Below are positions 29,836 through 40,786 of a stretch of 64,000 bases of DNA, in pieces (positions within the stretch are counted from its first letter, which is position 1; the number at the start of each line of letters is the position of its first letter). Made by a program: the position numbers and the translations under genes. The notes below the pieces were generated by a model. It was not told the DNA's origin. It saw only the letters and a list, made by a program, of their open reading frames with translations, and ran no database searches. The DNA comes from Peptococcaceae bacterium UBA5752 (GTDB lineage Bacteria > Bacillota > Dehalobacteriia > UBA4068), in the NCBI GenBank assembly GCA_002419055.1, contig DIFI01000009.1, forward strand, positions 69,875 to 133,874, read 5' to 3'.

Positions 29836-31152
29836 ATGAATTATCAGCAAAGTATCATAGAATTAAAAAATTTAAGTAAATTTGGCATTAATATGGGACT
29901 GCAGCGAATTTGTGAGCTTCTTCACCGCTTAGGTAATCCGCAGCAGCGCATAAATCACTATATTCATATTGCTGGAACCAATGGTAAAGGTTCGGTTGCG
30001 GCTATCAGTGAATCGATTCTGCGAGCACAAGGACATCGGACAGGCTTTTTTTCATCACCGCATCTTTATAGTTATCGGGAACGCTTTCGCATTAACAGCC
30101 AACCGATCAGCGAACGAACCCTGGCATATCATTTTAGTAATATTATTCCTATTGTGCGTAAAATTGCAGATGAAGGGTTTGAACGGCCAACAGAGTTTGA
30201 AGTCAGCACAGCTTTGGCACTTTGTTGTTTTGCGGAAGCAGGCGTTGACTGGGCGGTTATGGAGACCGGCTTGGGTGGAGCTATTGATTCGACCAATATT
30301 ATTGACGGAGAAATTGCCGTTATCACTAATGTTGATTGGGATCATATGGAGTATCTTGGTAATACTATTGAGGAAATTGCCACTGTAAAAGCAGGTATTA
30401 TTAAGAAAGGCGCATCTGTGATATGCGGTGTTACCGATGGTGTGGCGCTTGATATTATTAAGCGTAAAGCAGCAGATCAGCAAGCTTCATTAAGTATTTT
30501 AGGGCGCGAACTTGAATTTCGCATTAAGAGTTTTGATAGTGTTAGACAGGTAATTGACATTACTATTTCTAATCATCACTATAGCGATCTGCAGTTGCCG
30601 CTTTTGGGCGAACACCAGGCAGCTAATGCTACCTTAGCGGTCGCTGCCTGTGAATTAGCTGGATGCGGCGAACAGGCAATTCATCAAGGTTTGGCAACCG
30701 TAAAGTGGCCGGCGCGGTTGGAGATTATCAGCCAACAACCATTGATCTTGCTTGACGGTGCACACAATTGCCAAGGCATGGATTCTTTAGTGGCGGCGTT
30801 GTCGAAGTTGTGGCCAAATAAAAAGATAGTTGCCTTAATCGGTATGCTTGCCGATAAAGAGCGTGAACGAGCTCTTGATATCTTGCTGCCATATGTAGAA
30901 AAAGTAGTAGTATGCCCTCCGCCTTCAGCACGGGCCGGTGACTGGCATAGGATCACCGCTTATTGCCGTAATTGGGGCAAGCAATATGTTTTCGAAGAGG
31001 CAGATGTTAAGCAGGCTTGTCAATTGGCTTTGAAATTGTTAGATGATAATGATGATTCCATGTTGTTAGCGGCCGGTTCGCTATATCTGGTTGCCGAAAT
31101 CCGAAAATTTTTATTCAATGAGGGATGTAATAATGATCGACTTGTTCTCTGA
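29836..31152 (+). CDS. folC: Folylpolyglutamate synthase / dihydrofolate synthase (Mur ligase family)
   Basis: The P-loop GTNGKGS and Mur-ligase middle and C-terminal domains are present. Confidence 0.85.
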   Translation: MNYQQSIIELKNLSKFGINMGLQRICELLHRLGNPQQRINHYIHIAGTNGKGSVAAISESILRAQGHRTGFFSSPHLYSYRERFRINSQPISERTLAYHFSNIIPIVRKIADEGFERPTEFEVSTALALCCFAEAGVDWAVMETGLGGAIDSTNIIDGEIAVITNVDWDHMEYLGNTIEEIATVKAGIIKKGASVICGVTDGVALDIIKRKAADQQASLSILGRELEFRIKSFDSVRQVIDITISNHHYSDLQLPLLGEHQAANATLAVAACELAGCGEQAIHQGLATVKWPARLEIISQQPLILLDGAHNCQGMDSLVAALSKLWPNKKIVALIGMLADKERERALDILLPYVEKVVVCPPPSARAGDWHRITAYCRNWGKQYVFEEADVKQACQLALKLLDDNDDSMLLAAGSLYLVAEIRKFLFNEGCNNDRLVL

Positions 31153-31729
31153 TAGAAAAGTTGTATTGGCCAGCGCCAGCCCACAGAGATTGCAATTGTT
31201 AGAGCAATTAGGGCTCAATCCGCTTGTTCAACCGGTTGCAGTAGATGAGATTGACGATCCGCAAATGTCACCGGCAATTTTGGTGCGGGAAAATGCCATG
31301 CTCAAGGCTTGGGCTGCAGCAAATGAATGTGGTGATGCTGTGATTATCGCTGCCGATACGGTAGTTGCCCTTAATAATAAGTTAATGGGCAAACCAGGCG
31401 ATGCGATTGAAGCTGTAACAATGCTGCGTCAACTCTCCGGCAAAACCCACTCGGTATATACGGCTGTTTGTCTGATTGATACTGCTACCGGAGCTATGAC
31501 ATGTGGCCAGAAGGCCAGTTTGGTTACCTTCAGTAAAATTGATGATTCTGATATTAACGCATACATAGCAACCGGTGAGCCGCTTGATAAGGCCGGTGCC
31601 TATGGTATTCAAGGTATTGGCGGTATGTTTGTGGAGAGGATTGATGGCGATTATGGAACTGTGGTTGGTTTATCGTTGTCGTTATTAAGACAATTAGCCA
31701 TCAATCTCAGGGAGATAAACGAAAAGTAA
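31133..31729 (+). CDS. maf: Maf-like nucleoside triphosphate pyrophosphatase
   Basis: LASASPQR...DTVV motifs are present. The ATG at 31133 overlaps the folC 3' end. Confidence 0.85.
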   Translation: MIDLFSDRKVVLASASPQRLQLLEQLGLNPLVQPVAVDEIDDPQMSPAILVRENAMLKAWAAANECGDAVIIAADTVVALNNKLMGKPGDAIEAVTMLRQLSGKTHSVYTAVCLIDTATGAMTCGQKASLVTFSKIDDSDINAYIATGEPLDKAGAYGIQGIGGMFVERIDGDYGTVVGLSLSLLRQLAINLREINEK

Positions 31730-31791
31730 GATTTTACGTTTAATAGTTGGATTTGTGACGGTTTATACTTTAAATACGGAGGATTGCAAAG

Positions 31792-32820
31792 ATGATTTCT
31801 ACAGAGATAGGCATCGATTTGGGTACAGCTAATATATTGGTCTATGTTAAAGGCAAAGGTATTGTCTTAGATGAACCGTCAGTAATAGCGGTTGATAGCA
31901 AAACCGGCAATGTGTTGGCTGTTGGTATTGAGGCAAAACACATGATTGGCCGTACCCCCGGTAATATTAGCGCTATCCGTCCGGTAAAAGATGGAGTTAT
32001 TGCCAACTATGATTATACTCAGAGCATGATCAAATATGTAATCGGTAAAACTGCAGGCGGCAGTAATCGCTTTTTCAGACGTGTACGTGCAGTGGTATGT
32101 GTTCCTTCGGGTGTTACTGCTGTCGAAGAGCGTGCGGTCAGGGAATCAACTCTTTCTGCCGGCGCCCATGAAGCTTATTTGATTGAAGAACCAATGGCGG
32201 CAGCACTGGGGGCTAATATTGATGTCATGGAACCGCATGGTAATATGATTGTAGATATAGGCGGCGGTACAACCGAAGTGGGTATCATCTCTTTGGGAGG
32301 TATAGTAGCGGTTAGATCAATTCGTGTTGCCGGTGATGCGATGGATACGGCAATCATCAATCATGTCCGCCGGGCCTATAATCTGTATATCGGCGAGCGG
32401 ACAGCTGAGGATATCAAAATTAATATCGGCGCAGCTAAATTGGATAGTCATTATCTTGATAAGCATATTGAGATCGGTGGTCGCGATACAGCCAATGGCC
32501 TGCCGCGCACTGCTGTGATCAGCGCACGGGAAATTTGTATGGCTTTGTCCGAGACCACCCAACAGATTGTAGACGCAGTTAAATCATGTTTGGAAAGAGT
32601 CCCGCCGGAACTGATGTCGGATATCATGGATCGTGGCATTATTTTGACCGGGGGCGGCTCCTTGATCTATGGACTTGATAGGGTAATAACAGATGAAACA
32701 GAACTATGCGTTCATTATGCCGAGAAACCTTTAAACAGCGTTGTTTTAGGCACTGGAAAAGTATTGGAAAACTTTGAGGCAACCAAGAGAGTATTGCGGC
32801 CCGGTAAAGTTCGTTACTAA
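31792..32820 (+). CDS. mreB: Rod shape-determining protein MreB
   Basis: Actin-fold motifs DLGTANI and DIGGGTTE are present. Confidence 0.95.
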   Translation: MISTEIGIDLGTANILVYVKGKGIVLDEPSVIAVDSKTGNVLAVGIEAKHMIGRTPGNISAIRPVKDGVIANYDYTQSMIKYVIGKTAGGSNRFFRRVRAVVCVPSGVTAVEERAVRESTLSAGAHEAYLIEEPMAAALGANIDVMEPHGNMIVDIGGGTTEVGIISLGGIVAVRSIRVAGDAMDTAIINHVRRAYNLYIGERTAEDIKINIGAAKLDSHYLDKHIEIGGRDTANGLPRTAVISAREICMALSETTQQIVDAVKSCLERVPPELMSDIMDRGIILTGGGSLIYGLDRVITDETELCVHYAEKPLNSVVLGTGKVLENFEATKRVLRPGKVRY

Positions 32821-32829
32821 TAGGGATAG

Positions 32830-33765
32830 GTGAAGCAGTTGCGTAGATTCAGATTTCAAGGCCGAATATTAATAATTATATTATTAATCATTGCTGCATT
32901 AATTTTGGCTGCTACTACTTCGATGAGTAGAGGCGGTCTTTCTCTTGTTGAGCAGATTCTGCGTGAGAGTGCTTCGCCATTGCAAAGCACTACCTTAACA
33001 CTTGCCGAAAAGATTGCCTTATTGCCGCGCTATTTTTCAGCAGTAAACGATTTAGTTGCAGAAAATGAACAGCTTAAGGAGGACGTAGGCACACTTAAGT
33101 CAGAAAATACATATATGACAGAGATTGCCCAGGAAAACAAACGCTTACGAGATTTATTGGATATGGCCGAAACCATTGAAGATTGGCAGCCAAAAGGTGC
33201 TAAGATAATTGCCCGTTCCAGTGAAGGCTGGTATAAAACTATTACCATTGATGGCGGCAGTAAAGACGGTTTTGCTGTAGGTATGCCGGTGATCAGTGGT
33301 GAAGGTTTGGTAGGTAGGATTTGGCAAGTGACAGCTAATACTGCAGAAGTATTACTGATTACCGATTCTGAGAGCGCTGTTGCTGCGGTCACAGAAATTA
33401 CCCGTGACGCCGGTATTGTTGAGGGCGGGCACGGAGATACGCTGTTAATGGTCCACTTGCCTGCCGAATCAAAAATCGTTAAAGGTCAGATTGTTGTAAG
33501 TTCGGGATTAGGAAGTTATTATCCTCAAGGTTTGCGAATCGGTAAAATTGGTAAGATAAAAAAGAGTAATGGCGGTCTGACTTTGCAAGCCGAAATAATT
33601 CCTTTTGTTGACTATAATAATATAGAAAATGTATTGGTTTTACTTAACTCTGATGCCATTGTTGATACCTCGTCGCAGGAAAATGGTGAACAATCCACCG
33701 CAGATCAAACAGTTGATGAAGGAACAGAAGGTAACGAAGACGGAGCAAGAGAGGGAAGCGATTAA
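32830..33765 (+). CDS. mreC: Rod shape-determining protein MreC
   Basis: A GTG start, an N-terminal TM helix, a coiled coil, and MreC beta-domains. It is located between mreB and mreD. Confidence 0.85.
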   Translation: MKQLRRFRFQGRILIIILLIIAALILAATTSMSRGGLSLVEQILRESASPLQSTTLTLAEKIALLPRYFSAVNDLVAENEQLKEDVGTLKSENTYMTEIAQENKRLRDLLDMAETIEDWQPKGAKIIARSSEGWYKTITIDGGSKDGFAVGMPVISGEGLVGRIWQVTANTAEVLLITDSESAVAAVTEITRDAGIVEGGHGDTLLMVHLPAESKIVKGQIVVSSGLGSYYPQGLRIGKIGKIKKSNGGLTLQAEIIPFVDYNNIENVLVLLNSDAIVDTSSQENGEQSTADQTVDEGTEGNEDGAREGSD

Positions 33766-33846
33766 CCAACGCTGCCAGGGGCAAACAGTTACAAGCCGCG
33801 AACATAAAACCACCGCAGGTGCGGACGTTGGAGGTGAGGCAAGATT

Positions 33847-34365
33847 ATGAATTATAAAATGCTATCAGTCAAACAACGTGTTTTACTGGTCTTTTTATTT
33901 ATTTTTGCCTTGATTTGGCAAGATACCTTAATTCCCAAAATGGCCATCAATGGTATCATGCCCGATTTATTAACCTATTTTGTGGTGTTCATCGCCCTTT
34001 ATTTACAACCAGTACCGGCCATGGCCGTAGGTGCAGGAATAGGGTTAATTGAAGGTTTATTTATTGGTAAATATATTGGTCTTTCTTTACTCGCCAAAGC
34101 AGCCATGGCTTTTGTTGCCTGTTATATTGGAAGTAAATTCTATAAAGAAAACTATCTTTTACCATTGATTGTTGTTTTTATAGCTTCTTTAGTCGCCGGT
34201 TTTGTATATATATTATTTTCATATGTTACCGGGTTAAATTTGCCATTTTTATATAGCCTTTTTTGTATTGTATTACCTCAGTCAATCTATACTGCTATCC
34301 CATCGCCATTAATTTTTTTATTAGTATATTTGGTATTTATCCAACCGTCTCATAATCAGTTTTAG
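33847..34365 (+). CDS. mreD: Rod shape-determining protein MreD
   Basis: A small polytopic membrane protein in the mreBCD position. Confidence 0.7.
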   Translation: MNYKMLSVKQRVLLVFLFIFALIWQDTLIPKMAINGIMPDLLTYFVVFIALYLQPVPAMAVGAGIGLIEGLFIGKYIGLSLLAKAAMAFVACYIGSKFYKENYLLPLIVVFIASLVAGFVYILFSYVTGLNLPFLYSLFCIVLPQSIYTAIPSPLIFLLVYLVFIQPSHNQF

Positions 34366-34385
34366 GATTTAATTAAAGGAAAAAC

Positions 34386-36251
<1,866 letters not shown>

Positions 36252-36360
36252 CTTCTTAATATTGTTTTAGCTGTATCTTTTCCCTGATGATTGGCAGGAA
36301 ATAAGTATTATATATAGAAATTAAACAGTTATGATATAATTGCAAGGAGTGAATTATTCC

Positions 36361-36729
36361 ATGGAGCAATGGCCGGATAGATTAACCAATCTGCCGACAA
36401 CAATGGTTAACCGTACACTGCGTTCCGGTCAGAGTATTAATTCTGATGGAAATGTAGTTGTATTAGGTGATGTTAACCCCGGTGCCGAGGTTTCGGCAGT
36501 AGGTCATATAGTGGTAATGGGTGCTTTGCGCGGAGTTGTACATGCCGGTTCAACCGGCAATGAGAATGCAACCATCACAGCATTAGAATTGGTACCAACA
36601 CAGTTGAGAATCGCAACCCACATAACCCGTCCCCCCGATGGCAGTAATAAGGATAAATCTTATCGTCCGGAGACGGCAAGGATTAGAGACGACGAAGTAA
36701 TTATTGAAGAATATAACCCGACAAAATAA
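36361..36729 (+). CDS. minC: Septum site-determining protein MinC (short form, C-terminal beta-helix domain only)
   Basis: The ATG at 36361 follows an AAGGAG. The MinC C-domain repeats VVVLGDVNPGAEVSAVGHIVVMGALRGVVHAG are present. It lies upstream of minDE. Confidence 0.75.
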   Translation: MEQWPDRLTNLPTTMVNRTLRSGQSINSDGNVVVLGDVNPGAEVSAVGHIVVMGALRGVVHAGSTGNENATITALELVPTQLRIATHITRPPDGSNKDKSYRPETARIRDDEVIIEEYNPTK

Positions 36730-36766
36730 TCGGCGATAGTAAGCATACTCGCAAGGAGGACACGAG

Positions 36767-37564
36767 ATGGGAAAAGTAATAGTCATCACTTCCGGTAAAG
36801 GCGGCGTCGGTAAGACTACCACAACTGCTAATATCGGTACGGCGTTGGCCATGTTGGATAAAAAAGTTGTAATGGTTGATACTGACATCGGCCTACGTAA
36901 TCTTGATGTAGTATTGGGCCTGGAAAACCGCATTGTCTATGATATAGTTGATGCGGTGCGCGGAAATTGCCGTCTTAACCAGGCATTGATTAAGGATAAG
37001 CGTTTTGGAAATATGTATCTACTGCCGGCTGCTCAAACTAAGGATAAAACGGCTGTCACTGAAGAACAGATGGTTGAGCTTTGCGATAAGCTTAAAGACG
37101 AATTTGATTTTGTGATCATTGATTGCCCGGCTGGTATTGAGCATGGTTTTAGAAATGCTATTGCCGGTGCGGAAGAGGCAATTGTCGTCACTACGCCCGA
37201 AGTATCTGCTGTGCGTGACGCCGATAGGATCATCGGTTTATTGGAAGCTGCTGAAGTACGTTCGCCACGGCTGATTATCAACCGCATCCGTACCAATATG
37301 GTACAAAGCGGCGATATGATGAGCGTTGATGATATACTTAGTATTTTAGCCGTGGAGCTGCTCGGTATCGTTCCTGATGACGATGCGATCATCATATCAA
37401 CCAATCGTGGTGAACCGACAGTAATGGATGATGCATCCCAGCCTGGACAAGCATATCGTAATATTGCACGGCGGCTATGCGGTGAAGAGGTACCCCTAAT
37501 GACGTTGACCGCTAAGAAGAACAGTTTCTTTAGTCGTCTCAAGAGCTTGTTCAGTGGCGAATAA
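36767..37564 (+). CDS. minD: Septum site-determining ATPase MinD
   Basis: The deviant Walker A GKGGVGKTT and a C-terminal amphipathic helix are present. Confidence 0.95.
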   Translation: MGKVIVITSGKGGVGKTTTTANIGTALAMLDKKVVMVDTDIGLRNLDVVLGLENRIVYDIVDAVRGNCRLNQALIKDKRFGNMYLLPAAQTKDKTAVTEEQMVELCDKLKDEFDFVIIDCPAGIEHGFRNAIAGAEEAIVVTTPEVSAVRDADRIIGLLEAAEVRSPRLIINRIRTNMVQSGDMMSVDDILSILAVELLGIVPDDDAIIISTNRGEPTVMDDASQPGQAYRNIARRLCGEEVPLMTLTAKKNSFFSRLKSLFSGE

Positions 37565-37577
37565 AGGGGGAAAAGAT

Positions 37578-37853
37578 ATGGGTATTGTCAGCTTTCTCAC
37601 TCGCTTTTTTGGCAAGGATGACGAGTTAAGCAGCAAAAACGTTGCTAAAGAACGGCTGCGTTTAGTGCTGGTGCATGACCGCCTTGATATCTCCGAGAAA
37701 ATCATGGAAAACCTCCGTGAAGATTTGATCGCAACTATCGGCAAGTATATGGAAATAGATCAAAGTGCTCTTGAAGTTTCATTGAGTAGGGAAGAAGATG
37801 GTGTTGCTTTGCTTGCCAATATCCCCATTATGAACGTACGGCGTACTTCGTAA
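37578..37853 (+). CDS. minE: Cell division topological specificity factor MinE
   Basis: The N-terminus MGIVSFLTRFFGK and ~91 aa length fit. The ATG at 37578 follows GGGGGAAAAG. Confidence 0.85.
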   Translation: MGIVSFLTRFFGKDDELSSKNVAKERLRLVLVHDRLDISEKIMENLREDLIATIGKYMEIDQSALEVSLSREEDGVALLANIPIMNVRRTS

Positions 37854-37864
37854 ATAAGTAACAA

Positions 37865-37900
37865 AAGGCTGTCTTTTAAGGCAGCCTTAATAAATTATTG
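37865..37900 (+). terminator. Putative rho-independent terminator after minE
   Basis: A 9-bp stem AAGGCUGUC/GGCAGCCUU (one G-U pair) with loop UUUUAA, followed by a U-rich tail. Confidence 0.45.
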
Positions 37901-37907
37901 GTATGTT

Positions 37908-38246
37908 TTGTTCGTAAGAATGGTGTTTATATCGCCATGTTGTGAAGAGAACGTATGCGTTTTATTTATTTCACGAGATAAAGGATTTATTGAATATATT
38001 GATAAACTTCAATCTGAGTTTTTAGAATTTACTGGAAAAGAAGTTGAGATTAAAGATAACAGTTATTATAAAGTATTGTTAGGAGATGAAGAAGAACCAG
38101 TAAATGAAGAAAGAGTAAATGAAGAAACAGAAGAAGAAGCAGTAAAAGAAGTTCCCAATAAAGTGCTTTCTGATATAGAGAAAGCATCATTAAGGAAACT
38201 GATTAAAGATGTATTTTCAATATCTGTAATGTCTTTCTCTATATGA
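37908..38246 (+). CDS. Hypothetical acidic protein (112 aa)
   Basis: The ORF is followed by a strong hairpin terminator. It has a Glu-rich centre. Confidence is low. Confidence 0.35.
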   Translation: MFVRMVFISPCCEENVCVLFISRDKGFIEYIDKLQSEFLEFTGKEVEIKDNSYYKVLLGDEEEPVNEERVNEETEEEAVKEVPNKVLSDIEKASLRKLIKDVFSISVMSFSI

Positions 38247-38287
38247 ATATAAATATTTTGTTAGTTAAATTTGTCTATTGTACAGTA

Positions 38288-38318
38288 GATGGTATAGCAA
38301 AGCTATACCATCTTTTCG
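38288..38318. terminator. Rho-independent terminator (perfect 11-bp stem)
   Basis: GATGGTATAGC-AAA-GCTATACCATC followed by TTTTCG. Confidence 0.65.
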
Positions 38319-38345
38319 TAAATATAAGAAATTAGATATTTTGTA

Positions 38346-38453
38346 TTATTGTTCGATCATTCGGTATCCAACGCCGACTTCCGTTACAATATATTTAGGC
38401 TCGCCGGGATTTGCTTCCAGTTTTCTGCCGATATTGGCCATGTTGACCCGCAA
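38346..38453 (-). pseudogene. kdpE: Remnant of kdpE (last ~35 codons of a KdpE-like OmpR-family response regulator)
   Basis: The minus-strand translation ...LRVNMANIGRKLEANPGEPKYIVTEVGVGYRMIEQ* aligns with the E. coli KdpE C-terminus LRIYMGHLRQKLEQDPARPRHFITETGIGYRF. The upstream residues of the ORF are unrelated to a receiver domain. Confidence 0.7.
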
Positions 38454-38564
38454 ATCTGTAAATATGAAAATTACGCAGACTGCACTAAAGGTGAATACAG
38501 CAAAAGCGTATTTTTTGGTTATTTGCTCCACGCTTTACGGCTATAGAAGTCTACAGCTGCCCTT

Positions 38565-38699
38565 TTACACGGGTGTAATTATTCGTGATAATAATACTTT
38601 TTGACCGGACATGACCTTGTAAATATATATCCCCAGGGGTATGGACAAGCCGATCAGCAATAAGATAAAAACAATTTCCTCAATCACAATTCTGCTCAT
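38565..38699 (-). pseudogene. kdpA: Remnant of kdpA (first ~34 codons only), running into unrelated sequence
   Basis: MSRIVIEEIVFILLLIGLSIPLGIYIYKVMSGQK matches the KdpA N-terminus (B. subtilis ...ILVAKPTGIYLEKAFQG). It diverges after K34 and stops 10 codons later. Confidence 0.7.
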
Positions 38700-38781
38700 A
38701 ATCTCTCACCTTTGGCCAATACGTAAAACAGATAGATAAGCAGAGGGCGATGACCGCTGCCACTGTCAGCACAACATTCAT
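38680..38781 (-). CDS. kdpF: KdpF-like small hydrophobic peptide (33 aa) overlapping the kdpA start
   Basis: A GGAG RBS is followed by MNVVLTVAAVIALCLSICFTYWP.... Position and overlap with kdpA match kdpF, though the C-terminus is atypical. Confidence 0.45.
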   Translation of the reverse strand: MNVVLTVAAVIALCLSICFTYWPKVRDYEQNCD

Positions 38782-39150
38782 AAACAGATCACTCCATTCT
38801 TCTTGCTTGCTCCTCTTACTTTATTAAGTAAACCAGCGGTTGTTGAGACTCATCCGGTGATTTTACTATAATTGTTTTCCGAAAAAGACGGTGTGAAGGA
38901 ATAAGAATTATAAATAAATAAAACGTAAAGATGAACTTTAAAAAGGATTTACCGTGAAAAAACTTATATATTTGTTTATTCATGCCACAAAAAGGTGGTC
39001 CTTTTTGTATGTGTTTTTGTTTCAGATAGGTGCTGAATAATCTGTCGGATATGGTATTCTTGCTGGGGTATTTGTTGTTATTTGCTTAAAGGTATTGGCT
39101 ATTATAGCAGAGAAGAACCACTGCAAACCAAATTTGCGGAGGTTTAAATA

Positions 39151-39453
39151 ATGCTTCAAAGGTATTCTTTTTTTAAGGTAGTTGGCGGGGTATTTATAAT
39201 CATTTTGATCTCTACAATGGTCTGGTTCCTTGCCGGCGGTGCTGACTATTGTTGTAACCGTTTATATCTTCGTCGCCAAAATCAGATTGAATTGTTGGAA
39301 AACCAACAACAGCTTTTATCTGAGGCATTATGTAATTATTATATTGGAACAGGGGATTACATCACTACCGCAAATTTAATAGGACAAGTTCGGCAAACTC
39401 AAGATTCAATAAATTCTATTGAATGGCAGATAGAGATTGCAGAAGATTTTTAA
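39151..39453 (+). CDS. Hypothetical small membrane-anchored protein (100 aa)
   Basis: One N-terminal TM helix with a Gln-rich helical tail. Confidence is low. Confidence 0.35.
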   Translation: MLQRYSFFKVVGGVFIIILISTMVWFLAGGADYCCNRLYLRRQNQIELLENQQQLLSEALCNYYIGTGDYITTANLIGQVRQTQDSINSIEWQIEIAEDF

Positions 39454-39507
39454 TTTAATCGGCTTGCTTGTATAACTTATAAATTAAAGATAATATTAAA
39501 TATATAC

Positions 39508-39536
39508 TTGAATTTATGATATAATTGTGATATCAT
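39508..39536 (+). promoter_or_regulatory. Putative sigma-A promoter for the SPFH gene
   Basis: TTGAAT, 17 nt, then TGaTATCAT (extended -10). Confidence 0.35.
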
Positions 39537-39588
39537 AATCATACCAATTTGTACTGAAAAATTATGCAGTGACTTTAGGAGGATTTTA

Positions 39589-40482
39589 ATGGATAAGGAA
39601 AATAAACTAATTGCAGAAAAACCTGTTTGGAAAATTAACGGCTTTCTTGGTTTAATTTTAGTCTTGGTTTTTTTGGGGTTGAGCATCTACTGCTTTTATT
39701 TACTTGCAGTTATCGAAGGAGTACAGTCTGCTACCCCTTATATTGCAGGTGCTATTATCAGTATGATCATTTTCATTATATTGGCTACCGGATTAGTAAT
39801 TATTCAACCAAATACTGCTGCGGTAGTGGTCTTCTTCGGTAAATATATTGGCTGCATTCGTCAAAACGGTATATGGCTCACCGTACCTTTTTCGACTAAT
39901 AAAAAAGTTTCACTGCGGATACGTAACTTTAACAGTGAAAAGCTTAAAGTAAATGATATTAACGGTAACCCAATAGATATAGCCGCTGTGATTGTTTTTC
40001 GGGTAATCGATTCCGCCAAAGCTCTACTTGATGTAAACAATTACGAGGAATTTGTTGAGATCCAAAGTGAAACATCGTTGCGTCATGTAGCCGCGCAATA
40101 CCCCTATGATAACTATGACGAGGGCTTCTCGCTGCGTTCCAATGCCGATGAAGTATCGGCTCAGCTGATGCAAGAAACAGCTGCTCGGTTGAATTTAGCG
40201 GGAGTCGAGGTAATAGAAGCACGTCTGACGCACCTTGCCTATGCAACAGAGATCGCCAGCGCTATGCTCCAGCGTCAACAGGCTTCGGCAATATTGGCGG
40301 CACGGCGGATTATTGTTGACGGCGCTGTTGGTATGGCGACGATGGCTATTGAAGATTTGCAAAAGCATAGTTCGCTTGAGCTGGATGATGAGCGCAAGAT
40401 TAATATGATTAACAACATTATGGTTACGATCATCTCTGATCGTTCATCGCAGCCCGTAATCAATGTTGGGAGTATGTATTAA
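39589..40482 (+). CDS. SPFH/band-7 (stomatin/flotillin-like) domain membrane protein
   Basis: An N-terminal TM region and an SPFH core with a C-terminal coiled coil. Confidence 0.85.
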   Translation: MDKENKLIAEKPVWKINGFLGLILVLVFLGLSIYCFYLLAVIEGVQSATPYIAGAIISMIIFIILATGLVIIQPNTAAVVVFFGKYIGCIRQNGIWLTVPFSTNKKVSLRIRNFNSEKLKVNDINGNPIDIAAVIVFRVIDSAKALLDVNNYEEFVEIQSETSLRHVAAQYPYDNYDEGFSLRSNADEVSAQLMQETAARLNLAGVEVIEARLTHLAYATEIASAMLQRQQASAILAARRIIVDGAVGMATMAIEDLQKHSSLELDDERKINMINNIMVTIISDRSSQPVINVGSMY

Positions 40483-40485
40483 GCA

Positions 40486-40653
40486 ATGAGTGGACGTAAG
40501 AGCTTTCCGTTGCGAATCGACAGCGATATCTATAAAGCTATCGAAGGCTGGGCTGCTGATGAACTTCGCAGTGTTAACGGCCATATCGAGTATTTATTGC
40601 GGGAAGCATTGAAAAAATCAGGACGACTGCCGAAAGACAAGGAACGGTCTTAA
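40486..40653 (+). CDS. Ribbon-helix-helix (Arc/MetJ-like) small DNA-binding protein, 55 aa
   Basis: MSGRKSFPLRIDSDIYKAIEGWAADELRSVNGHIEYLLREALKK has an RHH beta-strand/helix pattern. It is below the ORF-track length cutoff. Confidence 0.5.
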   Translation: MSGRKSFPLRIDSDIYKAIEGWAADELRSVNGHIEYLLREALKKSGRLPKDKERS

Positions 40654-40725
40654 TTGACCGTTCCATTTTAACCTGTTTTCTGGATGTTATTAACGAAATA
40701 TCTAATGATATTTTAACTCCGATTT

Positions 40726-40754
40726 TTGCACAAAAAGCAGATTTATGTTATAAT
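40726..40754 (+). promoter_or_regulatory. Putative sigma-A promoter for map
   Basis: TTGCAC, 17 nt, then TGtTATAAT (extended -10), 33 nt upstream of the map ATG. Confidence 0.5.
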
Positions 40755-40786
40755 ATTCCGAAATTAATTATTTTTGGAGGCTATTA

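Noticed and set aside
29969-30483. Overlapping ORFs (29969..30388 +, 30055..30483 -) inside folC
   Set aside because: Alternative-frame and antisense artefacts within a gene with strong Mur-ligase motifs.
38782-39150. Possible c-di-AMP (ydaO-type) riboswitch in the kdp relic leader
   Set aside because: No recognisable conserved ydaO core elements on the minus strand. Only a short, probably spurious 57-aa ORF and a hairpin.
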